In this document: in pieces, positions 1 through 7,780 of the stretch
How the letters are laid out: every line of letters starts with the position of its first letter
How positions within the stretch are numbered: position 1 is the first letter of the stretch
From: Promethearchaeia archaeon
GTDB taxonomy: Archaea; Asgardarchaeota; Lokiarchaeia; Sigyniarchaeales; SOKP01
Direction: 5' to 3'
Assembly (NCBI GenBank): GCA_046497275.1
Contig: JAWOFX010000078.1
Location: 1 to 32,000 of the forward strand
DNA length: 32,000 bases
Program-made: the position numbers and the translations under genes
The notes under the pieces: generated by a model
Told to the model about the DNA's origin: nothing
Databases searched by the model: none
Seen by the model: the letters and a program-made list of their open reading frames with translations, nothing else

Positions 1-995
1 GCCTCGAAATCATTTATCCCGCAATTCGAGCCGAAAGCTCCCAGAGTTTCATATTCAGGTCCTCCATAAGTAGAATCATACTCCCACTTATCATCAATAG
101 TGACAAGTTTTTTGCATCGTAGCGGACATGCATAACATCCTTCTTTTTTCAATTCAACTTCATTATGAACATTTCGAGGATCTAATCCCTCTGCATCAAA
201 AACTCCATCTCTAAAATTTCTAATTGGTAGATTCCCCGCATTTACAAAATCCTGCATGGTTCCACTTATAGGGGTGCCATATTCAAAAATGTTGGAAAAT
301 GGTTTTAACAATGTCTGATTGAAAAACTTCCGAATTTCACTGAGTTTTTCTTTCGAATTTACTTCTAACTTTTGCGTTCCTCTAACGGCAATCGCTTTTA
401 AATGTTTAGAACCCATTACTGCACCTAATCCTGTTCTCCCTGCCGCATCTCTTAAATCATTAATAATACAAGAATATGGAATGAGTTTTTCCCCACCTGG
501 TCCAATTTGAGCAACTCGAAGCAATTTTTCATCGTTTTGTTTCTTCAAGGAATTTTGTACCTCTCCAGTAACCTTTCCCCAAAGATGACTTGCTTCCCTT
601 AGTTCCACATCTCCATCATTTATCCAGAGATAAAGAGGTTCCTTTGCTTTTCCTTCTATAATTATACAATCAAATCCTGCTTTCTTAAGTTCTGTCCCCC
701 AAAAACCTCCGACCTCACCCTGTCCATATCCTCCTGTTAGAGGGGATTTAGCCCCTATTGCATGTCTTCCAGCTCCCGCAATTGGAATTCCAGTAATAGG
801 ACCTGCTGCAAAGATTAATTTATTTTTCGGACCAAGAGGATCGATACCTCTTTCCACTTCTCTTAATAAATAATACGAGATAAACCCCTGTCCACCAAAA
901 TAACGTCTATAAAAAATATGATCGGGTTTTTCCACAGAAATTTTTTCATTCGATAAATTAACCCGTAAAATGTTAGAAGTAATACTTGACCCCAT
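1..995 (-). CDS. aor: Aldehyde:ferredoxin oxidoreductase (tungsten AOR family), N-terminal part; runs off the left edge. Missing from the ORF track.
   Basis: Manual minus-strand translation from ATG at 995 (an in-frame TTG exists at 1010): MGSSITSNILRVNLS...RRYFGGQG...DPLGPKNKLIF...KSPLTGG...GGFWGTELKKAGFD...GRTGLGAVMGSKHLKAIAV...GNLP...CYACPLRC...GGPEYETLGAFG, all typical AOR motifs. Confidence 0.95.
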   Translation of the reverse strand, partial: MGSSITSNILRVNLSNEKISVEKPDHIFYRRYFGGQGFISYYLLREVERGIDPLGPKNKLIFAAGPITGIPIAGAGRHAIGAKSPLTGGYGQGEVGGFWGTELKKAGFDCIIIEGKAKEPLYLWINDGDVELREASHLWGKVTGEVQNSLKKQNDEKLLRVAQIGPGGEKLIPYSCIINDLRDAAGRTGLGAVMGSKHLKAIAVRGTQKLEVNSKEKLSEIRKFFNQTLLKPFSNIFEYGTPISGTMQDFVNAGNLPIRNFRDGVFDAEGLDPRNVHNEVELKKEGCYACPLRCKKLVTIDDKWEYDSTYGGPEYETLGAFGSNCGINDFE

Positions 996-1264
996 ATATA
1001 GGATCGTCAACTAATGTTTTAAAATTTTGATATTTGTGACTATAAGAAATCTAAATTTTTTTCTATAACAAGTTTAAATTAATTAAAATGATTATCAATT
1101 ACTTATTAACCATACCCCATTCTTTTTAAAATGATGAAAATAAAAACTATATAGATTCTAATGATTTGTTTTTAATACAATAGTACGTTAAAATATGTAA
1201 GTAAGTGAGAGACCCAACCTAATAATCGGGATTAATACAATAATATTAAAAATTTCGAAATAAA

Positions 1265-1975
1265 ATGATTAAAAATAAAATTTGGCAAAGTTCTGAATGG
1301 ACACAGAGAGCATATCAACTTTTAGAAGGTTTAGAACAATTTCCCAAAGATAAAAAAATTACTATGGTAATACGACATTCCCATCGATATGATTCAAATA
1401 ATATACGTGAACATGCAAAAGATAATTTAACTCCCCTAGGTCATAAAGTTGCGAAAGAATTTGGACAACATCTTCCTTTTGAACGACCAATACGATTATT
1501 CCATAGTCAGATACAAAGATGCCAGGAAACAGCAGAAAATATTTATAATGGATACAATCATAACGGAACTAGTTCAGATTTGGTGGGACCTTTAAGTGTT
1601 TTATATGATATAAGAATTTCTCCGGATGATTTTTATAGAGAGGCTACTAAATATCCACTCGATCGTTTACTTTACCGGTGGAGTGCTGGACTTTATCCAG
1701 AAGATATGGTTATTCCATTTAATGAATATGCACGAAATGCAGCAAAGGTGATTTGGAATATGTCGCATGAACCTCCTAAAAATGGAATAGATATTCATGT
1801 GACTCATGATTTTATTTTGATGTGTTTAAGACTCGGATGGTTTGGATTATATACTGGAAAAGTTTTACCTACTTTTCTTAGTGGTTTTGCGTTTACTTTC
1901 ATGGAAAATGAGATCTTAATATTCGATTATGACCATTTTAAGACCATTGAAATCCCTTTTTGGTGGGGAAAATAG
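1265..1975 (+). CDS. Histidine phosphatase (phosphoglycerate mutase-like) family protein
   Basis: RHS catalytic motif (VIRHSHR), LTPLG, SQIQRCQETA and a second His in VTHD. Confidence 0.8.
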   Translation: MIKNKIWQSSEWTQRAYQLLEGLEQFPKDKKITMVIRHSHRYDSNNIREHAKDNLTPLGHKVAKEFGQHLPFERPIRLFHSQIQRCQETAENIYNGYNHNGTSSDLVGPLSVLYDIRISPDDFYREATKYPLDRLLYRWSAGLYPEDMVIPFNEYARNAAKVIWNMSHEPPKNGIDIHVTHDFILMCLRLGWFGLYTGKVLPTFLSGFAFTFMENEILIFDYDHFKTIEIPFWWGK

Positions 1976-2196
1976 ATCTTCTTTTTTTAGATTTTACTTA
2001 AGTACGCTTTTAATCATTAATGAGCCTTTAATGAAGATATTTTTAATATTTCGATTTTTAACAAACAAATGATTTATAAATCTATTTATCTTTTTCATAT
2101 TCTGAATATAGGGTATAAGAATAGAATAAATTGTAAAATTTTCTCTAGATTACGGAATTTATAATTTAAATTTGAGATTTTCGGATAGGGAAATGA

Positions 2197-2784
2197 TTGA
2201 TGAATTTAGTTAAAGAGAATATTAGGGGTGTGAGGCCTGTTAATTCAGAGGCAGAATTGGCATATAAGATTTGTTTATTTGGAGAATCTGGAGTAGGAAA
2301 GACATCTTTAGTCAGACGATTTATTACAAAAAAGTTTGATGAGGATACAAAATCCACCCTTGGAGCTGCAATCCATATAAAAAATCTTGAGATGGATAGG
2401 TTTAAATTAAAGCTTCAAATTTGGGATTTTGGTGGTGAAGATAAATTTCGATTTCTGTTACCTGCCTATGCAGCGGGATCGTTTGGAGGAATATTTATGT
2501 ATGATATCACTCGTAAAAATACTTTAAAAAAGTATGACGACTGGGTGTCCGTATTTAAAAAAAGCTTATCAGATGAGCGGGATAAGATTCCTATCTTACT
2601 TGTCGGGGGAAAATCGGATCTTAAGAATATTCGGGAATGTAAAGACGAACATATTAATGCGGTCTATAATTCTAATTATTTTTTTGATAAAGTAGAATGT
2701 TCATCGAAAATTGATGAAAACGTAGAATTTGTTTTTAAGAAACTAATTGATGAGATTTTTAGACGATTTGGAGTGCCATATTAA
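2197..2784 (+). CDS. Rab-like small GTPase (Asgard type)
   Basis: G1 GESGVGKTS, G2 STLG, G3 WDFGGE, Rab-family segments KLQIW / KFRFL / MYDIT, G4 variant GKSD, G5 variant CSSK. No C-terminal Cys. Confidence 0.92.
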   Translation: MMNLVKENIRGVRPVNSEAELAYKICLFGESGVGKTSLVRRFITKKFDEDTKSTLGAAIHIKNLEMDRFKLKLQIWDFGGEDKFRFLLPAYAAGSFGGIFMYDITRKNTLKKYDDWVSVFKKSLSDERDKIPILLVGGKSDLKNIRECKDEHINAVYNSNYFFDKVECSSKIDENVEFVFKKLIDEIFRRFGVPY

Positions 2785-2817
2785 ATAAATGGATAAATAA
2801 TAGAGAGAACATAGAAC

Positions 2818-2850
2818 TAACTAATAATTTAGTTAAACCATACTTTTTTT
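2818..2850 (+). terminator. Possible terminator after the GTPase gene
   Basis: TAACTAA-taat-TTAGTTA inverted repeat (2818-2835) followed by a T7 run (2844-2850). Confidence 0.3.
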
Positions 2851-2997
2851 GAATTTCTACAGATAAAGGTATTTTTATTACAAATGAATAGATTTTTAAC
2901 CCAATATTTTTTTTAAATATTCAATAGGAATATGGATATATATTTTAAATAATATAATTACACTTAATTATACTTAAATCACCAAATTGCTTTTAAC

Positions 2998-4134
2998 ATG
3001 AGTCTGGATATTAACACTATAGTAAATATTTTAATTGGAAGTTTTTTTACGATATTATTTGTGCTTTTTACGTATCAAACAACCAGAAAGCACCGTTCCG
3101 CACCTTATCTTCTCTTATCTCTATTTTTTGGAGTTCTTGGAGCTTTTTTTGCTCTTGTAGACAGTGCTAATCTTCTCCCAAACTTCACAGCTTTTAACAG
3201 AATCTATTTAATTGTAGAATTGATGTTTTATGGCTTACAATTCTTTTTCTTCTATTTATTTGTACAGGACATTTCGAGATTACATCCGCAATTATGGAGT
3301 TTAATTCTTATGTTCGCATTTTTAATTATTCAGAATATGTCAGTCTGGTTAATGGTATGGTTTTCTTCATTTTCAACCACCGCAGTTGATAATCTCTGGT
3401 TATTAGCTGATATTGGATATAATAACCTAGCTATTTTTGCTTTTTGGATTATAGGTATCCCCACGTATTATAGATTATATGATTATACGAAAGAGAAAAA
3501 AACCTTAGGTTTTATCTTTGGATTGATATTAGTGGGTGGAGGATACGTAGTTGGTTCTTTAATAGATTATATTGGATTTTTCGGTACAGTTCCCAGCTGG
3601 TTGAATGAGATTAGTATCTTAGGAGAGATTTTTCCATTAGTTGGATTATTGATCTTTCTGCTAACCTATATTTTGGATGTAGATTATATTTATAGATTAC
3701 CTCATGACCATTATATGTTGATGGTGACCTATAAAAGTGGAGTTGCTATTCACACCGTAAAATTTGATACTAAACGGGAAGTACAAATCGAGGAGAATCT
3801 TTTTTCTGGCTTCATTTCTAGTTTAACTTTTGTTTTTGATAATATTCTCCAATCTATCTCTCCAATAGAAATAATATCCAGTAAAGATGCTTCCATTCTT
3901 TTACGCTCCGGAGAAAAGATTTTGGTTATTATATTAACCCAACAACCAACCTCAATCTTAGCACGTGCATTGGACAGGTATATAAAAAGATTTGAAGATA
4001 AATTTAAAGATGAATTGAAAAGAGAATCTACTGAAGTAGGAAAATTCCAAGAAGCGGAGGAACTAATTAAACCAATATTTCCCTTCTTGAAAATTAAGGA
4101 TAACTTGGAGAAGAAACCTACCAGAGAAATATAA
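2998..4134 (+). CDS. Seven-TM membrane protein with C-terminal longin/roadblock-like domain
   Basis: Seven hydrophobic segments in about aa 7-226, then a soluble domain LMVTYKSGVAIH...NLFSGFISSL...ASILLRSGEKILVIILT...LDRYIKRFEDKF with the beta-beta-alpha-beta-beta-beta-alpha pattern of Asgard longin-like domains. Confidence 0.7.
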   Translation: MSLDINTIVNILIGSFFTILFVLFTYQTTRKHRSAPYLLLSLFFGVLGAFFALVDSANLLPNFTAFNRIYLIVELMFYGLQFFFFYLFVQDISRLHPQLWSLILMFAFLIIQNMSVWLMVWFSSFSTTAVDNLWLLADIGYNNLAIFAFWIIGIPTYYRLYDYTKEKKTLGFIFGLILVGGGYVVGSLIDYIGFFGTVPSWLNEISILGEIFPLVGLLIFLLTYILDVDYIYRLPHDHYMLMVTYKSGVAIHTVKFDTKREVQIEENLFSGFISSLTFVFDNILQSISPIEIISSKDASILLRSGEKILVIILTQQPTSILARALDRYIKRFEDKFKDELKRESTEVGKFQEAEELIKPIFPFLKIKDNLEKKPTREI

Positions 4135-4352
4135 TAATTGTTGGAAGAAGATTTAGCATTAAATTGATTAATCAGTATAGAGCTTTTCATTGATCCTTTT
4201 TTTATTTCTCTACATAATTTGTGTTTTCTTAACTAATGTTATAGGATTATAACAGCATATTATTTTTTCTAGTAAAAAATCGAAAAAATTAATTAATGAT
4301 TGATCTTATTTACTAAATAGAATGATCAAAGTCAATTACATAGTGTAAGGGG

Positions 4353-4781
4353 ATAAAAATTATAGATGCAATTGATAAAAAAATATTAGAAGAATTGGAA
4401 AAAGACGGACGACAATCGTATAGTGAGATTGGGGATATTGTTGGTCGCACGGAAGCTACGGTGAGACGAAGAGTGAAAAAGATGTTGAAAAAGGATATTA
4501 TTCAGAAATTTACTATTGAATATGAAGTTAATTCTAAACCAAAAGTAAGAGCAACTGTTAAGATTGAGCCGGATTACAAGAAAATCAAGACCATTATGAA
4601 AAGTTTAAAAGAAATTGAGGAGATAACAGATATATGGAGATTATCAGGCGATTGTGGGTTATTTATTCTTGTTGAAATTCCTTCGATAGAAAAATTTAAT
4701 CCATTAATTGAGGGCAAAATCTCTCAAATTGACGGAATAAAGATCATTGAAACTTGTTTTATTACTGATGTCATTAAATAA
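4353..4781 (+). CDS. Lrp/AsnC family transcriptional regulator; true start is upstream of the tracked TTG at 4395
   Basis: The frame is open from 4344 and reads IKIIDAIDKKILEELEKDGRQSYSEIG...VRRRVKKM...GDCGLF. The conserved D-x-x-D-x-x-I-L start lies upstream of 4395, and the only candidate start codons there are ATA/ATT. Confidence 0.88.
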   Translation: MKIIDAIDKKILEELEKDGRQSYSEIGDIVGRTEATVRRRVKKMLKKDIIQKFTIEYEVNSKPKVRATVKIEPDYKKIKTIMKSLKEIEEITDIWRLSGDCGLFILVEIPSIEKFNPLIEGKISQIDGIKIIETCFITDVIK

Positions 4782-4873
4782 GAATAATTCATTTGAAGCA
4801 GAAAAAAGACCCTTTTGATACCAAAAGGAGATTGTTAACTATCTTAATTTTAATACACTTATTCTCACTATTT

Positions 4874-5500
4874 TTAATTTATTCGTTTGAATATATAATC
4901 GTTTGCCGTTTTTGTATAGCCTACTCCGTGATTATGGGCTTCCATATACTTTTCGGTTATTTCAATATTTTTCTTTGGAATAAAATAAGCATCTAAATTC
5001 CGAGTAGAAAGATTGAATTTATTACTTCGCTTATGAATCACAGCAATAAACTCATAGTCAGGCATTATTGATGCCATACTAGCATCCCCATGACTATTAT
5101 TCACTACTAAAATACCACCAATTTTTAAGTACCGTTTGCAAGCTCGGGATACAAACCCTGCGTACTGCGATATTAACAAATCAAAAGTTTTCTCTTCTAA
5201 TGGAAGATTTTTAGTATAATCTCCATATTCATAAGTATAATATGGTTCTTCAGAATAAAACTTTCTTTTATTTATATATTCAAATAAGCCATCTGAATCG
5301 TAAAATGATTCCAACTTCTTATATAAATCATTAAATATTACATATGGAAATACGAAAATTGGCGTAATATGTGCATAACTTCCGGGATATAGCACCTTTT
5401 TAATGGTAAATTCCTCATTAAGCCGCTCGAATAACCCTAGGCGTTCATCATCTTTATCAATATGATTTTTTTTGTAGAGGTTTATATCACTATCTTTCAT
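4874..5500 (-). CDS. Conserved hypothetical protein, possible class I SAM-dependent methyltransferase-like fold
   Basis: 208-aa ORF; KVLYPGS resembles motif I, and FDLLISQYAG and LKIGGILVV resemble later Rossmann-MTase motifs. Confidence 0.5.
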   Translation of the reverse strand: MKDSDINLYKKNHIDKDDERLGLFERLNEEFTIKKVLYPGSYAHITPIFVFPYVIFNDLYKKLESFYDSDGLFEYINKRKFYSEEPYYTYEYGDYTKNLPLEEKTFDLLISQYAGFVSRACKRYLKIGGILVVNNSHGDASMASIMPDYEFIAVIHKRSNKFNLSTRNLDAYFIPKKNIEITEKYMEAHNHGVGYTKTANDYIFKRIN

Positions 5501-5556
5501 TTTCTTAGGTAGAGAATCATGGACTTATTTAAATTTTATAAGTTTTAAAATATAAA

Positions 5557-5577
5557 TTGCGAAGTTCCAACTTGCAA
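5557..5577. promoter_or_regulatory. Palindromic operator candidate between divergent genes
   Basis: TTGC(G)AAGTT-CC-AACTT-GCAA, a near-perfect inverted repeat that is GC-richer than its surroundings. Confidence 0.35.
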
Positions 5578-5632
5578 CATATGATTCTCATATTACACTG
5601 ATTTTTGGATAGAAATTTATTTTTTTAAAACT

Positions 5633-6088
5633 ATGAAGAAAATAGCTAATGTATCAATAAATTCTGAATTTGCTGATAATTATGATTCTTGTGTGTATAT
5701 GTTAAAATGTTATAAAAATAAAAGGGCTTTAGAGGAAAAGAATGGCGATTTTTTATATTATACCGATATGACTGAAGATCCTGAAACACGATTAGAAGAA
5801 CATATTAAAAAGAGAGACATTTACACAAAACGATTTAAGGGAAATATTGAAGTAAGTTACGTAGAGTTATATAAGGATCTTGTGGCTGCACAAAAAAGAA
5901 AGGAACAGCTAAAAAAGTTGAGAAGAGATGAAAAGGGATCATTAGCAAATAAAAAAATTGCTGGAATATGCGATAAGTGTAATGAGGAGATGATAAAGAC
6001 GGTTATGATTGACAATAAGGGAACAAGAAGAGAAATTCTTCAATGTACCGGTTGTAAATTTTGGAAATTCTCCCCTTTTAAGTTTTAA
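5633..6088 (+). CDS. GIY-YIG (UPF0213-like) domain protein with C-terminal Zn ribbon; catalytic motifs degenerate
   Basis: CVYMLKC...YYTDMTEDPETRLEEH...YTKRF...AAQKRKEQLKKL, followed by CDKC...CTGC. Confidence 0.7.
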   Translation: MKKIANVSINSEFADNYDSCVYMLKCYKNKRALEEKNGDFLYYTDMTEDPETRLEEHIKKRDIYTKRFKGNIEVSYVELYKDLVAAQKRKEQLKKLRRDEKGSLANKKIAGICDKCNEEMIKTVMIDNKGTRREILQCTGCKFWKFSPFKF

Positions 6089-6192
6089 TCCTCTTTGAAA
6101 TTGTTGCTTTCTTTTTTCTTTTTCAATAAATAAAATAATCTTTTTAGAAATATCTTAGAAGTTTAAGGAAAAGAGAAAAGAAAAAAATTTAA

Positions 6193-6504
6193 TTATTGAT
6201 TTTCAATTTTAATCATTGGAAGAGTTAATCTCTCTTCATGGCATTTCGGACACTTGGAAGGAATCCGTATTTCTCCGCTATTTAATGAGAATTCATATCC
6301 GCAATTCATACAGACAGGGGGTTTCACATAAATTTTTTTTCCGTTTCGTTTCAAATTTCTTAAGATAAAATTAAAATCTTGGATCAATGAATTAATATCA
6401 GTATATTTCAAGTCTCTCATAATGTCTTTTATATGATACTCTCCTTCTGAATCAATTAAGTGATCGTACAATTTTTCCCGACTGGTTTGCCATTCTTCAG
6501 ACAT
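6193..6504 (-). CDS. Archaeal HTH + Zn-ribbon transcriptional regulator (COG3357-like)
   Basis: N-terminal HTH-like segment, then PPVCMNCGYEF...PSKCPKCHEERL. Confidence 0.85.
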   Translation of the reverse strand: MSEEWQTSREKLYDHLIDSEGEYHIKDIMRDLKYTDINSLIQDFNFILRNLKRNGKKIYVKPPVCMNCGYEFSLNSGEIRIPSKCPKCHEERLTLPMIKIENQ

Positions 6505-6643
6505 TTTTAATATCCCTCCTTATATAGTGAATTTGGATTCTAGGTACGGTCTTAATATATCGATTTAAAATAATAAATCTTGTCCTTACAAAATAAAAGT
6601 GGAAAATAGTAGAATTTCAGTTATTAGGATTTTGCAGAATTCA

Positions 6644-7105
6644 TCAGATTTGGTTCTTTGAATCAGGTTCTAGAATTGATAATAGGAACATCATAAGAGC
6701 TAAAGGAATTGCGATATAATTCCATACAGCACCTGGAGCGATTCCAGTGGTCTCAAATGGTTTGATTAATCCAACAATAATACGCATTATATACTCAGCA
6801 ATAATTAAAATATACATCAATGGTATTAAGTTTTTATAACGAAAGAAAACGATAAGATATATAATCGCCATTAAAAGCTGTGAGCTTCCCCACAAAGCAA
6901 ATATCGAAATAATGATTTCCGCACCCTCAACACCCAAATCTATGGTGGCAATTGAGCCAGCACCACCATCAGGGGCCAAAAAATGAATTAAACTCCTAAT
7001 GATGGTAACAATTGTTAAAATTAAAAAAATGATTTCCGCTACTTTATAGCCTTTATAATCATTTTCTGCTTTTTCAGGAAGGATTTTACTGGTAAGTGTT
7101 GACAT
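6644..7105 (-). CDS. Hypothetical membrane protein (about 4 TM)
   Basis: 153 aa with four hydrophobic segments and an APDGGAGSIA loop. Confidence 0.7.
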   Translation of the reverse strand: MSTLTSKILPEKAENDYKGYKVAEIIFLILTIVTIIRSLIHFLAPDGGAGSIATIDLGVEGAEIIISIFALWGSSQLLMAIIYLIVFFRYKNLIPLMYILIIAEYIMRIIVGLIKPFETTGIAPGAVWNYIAIPLALMMFLLSILEPDSKNQI

Positions 7106-7201
7106 TTTATTTTCTCTTGATACATTTTTTTATGTAACATATTCAATTTCAATTTTCTATGATTTTGATGTACTAGTTTATTGTTTTTTTTGCAGTTAAA
7201 A

Positions 7202-7780
7202 TCATAATTCTCTTTTTTCCATAGGTGGGACATAATATATTATTGGGTTTGTCCCTAAATCTTCTTTTAATCTAAATACTTCTTTTTCCGATATAATTCT
7301 TGACACTTTACTATTAGAATCATTAAAATCTCCGAAATATATTGCTTGTCCTTCGCAACAGATCACACAGAAGGGTTCTAATCCTTGGTCAATACGATGA
7401 GCGCATAAATTGCATTTTTCTGCTAAACTTTCCTTTTCATTAAAATAGATTACACCGTATGGACATGCATCCACACAAGTTCTACAGCCATCACATAGAT
7501 CATCATCAATTATTACAATACCATCCTCTCGTTTATATATCGCGTTAACCGGACACGCTTTAAGGCAAGGAGGATTCTCACAATGATTGCATAGTTTTGG
7601 GATCCACGATATTCGCAAGTTGGGGAAGTTACCGCTTGGGACATCTTTCAAAGCAGAATCAGTTGTATCTACTATAATAAATCCTACATCTGCATTATGT
7701 TCAATCCTACATGCAACAGTACACGCATCACATCCAATGCATCGTTCTTGATCTATTACAAAACCAAATCTTTTACTCAT
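7202..7780 (-). CDS. 4Fe-4S dicluster electron-transfer subunit (DmsB/NrfC-like)
   Basis: CIGCDACTVAC, CNHCENPPCLKACP, CDGCRTCVDACPY, KCNLC...PFCVICC. Overlaps the upstream stop codon (ATGA). Confidence 0.95.
   Translation of the reverse strand: MSKRFGFVIDQERCIGCDACTVACRIEHNADVGFIIVDTTDSALKDVPSGNFPNLRISWIPKLCNHCENPPCLKACPVNAIYKREDGIVIIDDDLCDGCRTCVDACPYGVIYFNEKESLAEKCNLCAHRIDQGLEPFCVICCEGQAIYFGDFNDSNSKVSRIISEKEVFRLKEDLGTNPIIYYVPPMEKREL

Noticed and set aside
3750-4190. Long antisense or overlapping ORFs in the track (319, 2166, 3750, 4793, 7039, 9353, 9435, 10886, 11727, 12399, 13204, 15295, 19738, 19827, 20902, 21103, 23144, 23972, 26309, 26679, 27151, 27461, 28142, 30677, 30767, 31639).
   Set aside because: They are shadow frames of well-supported genes, with no motifs of their own.
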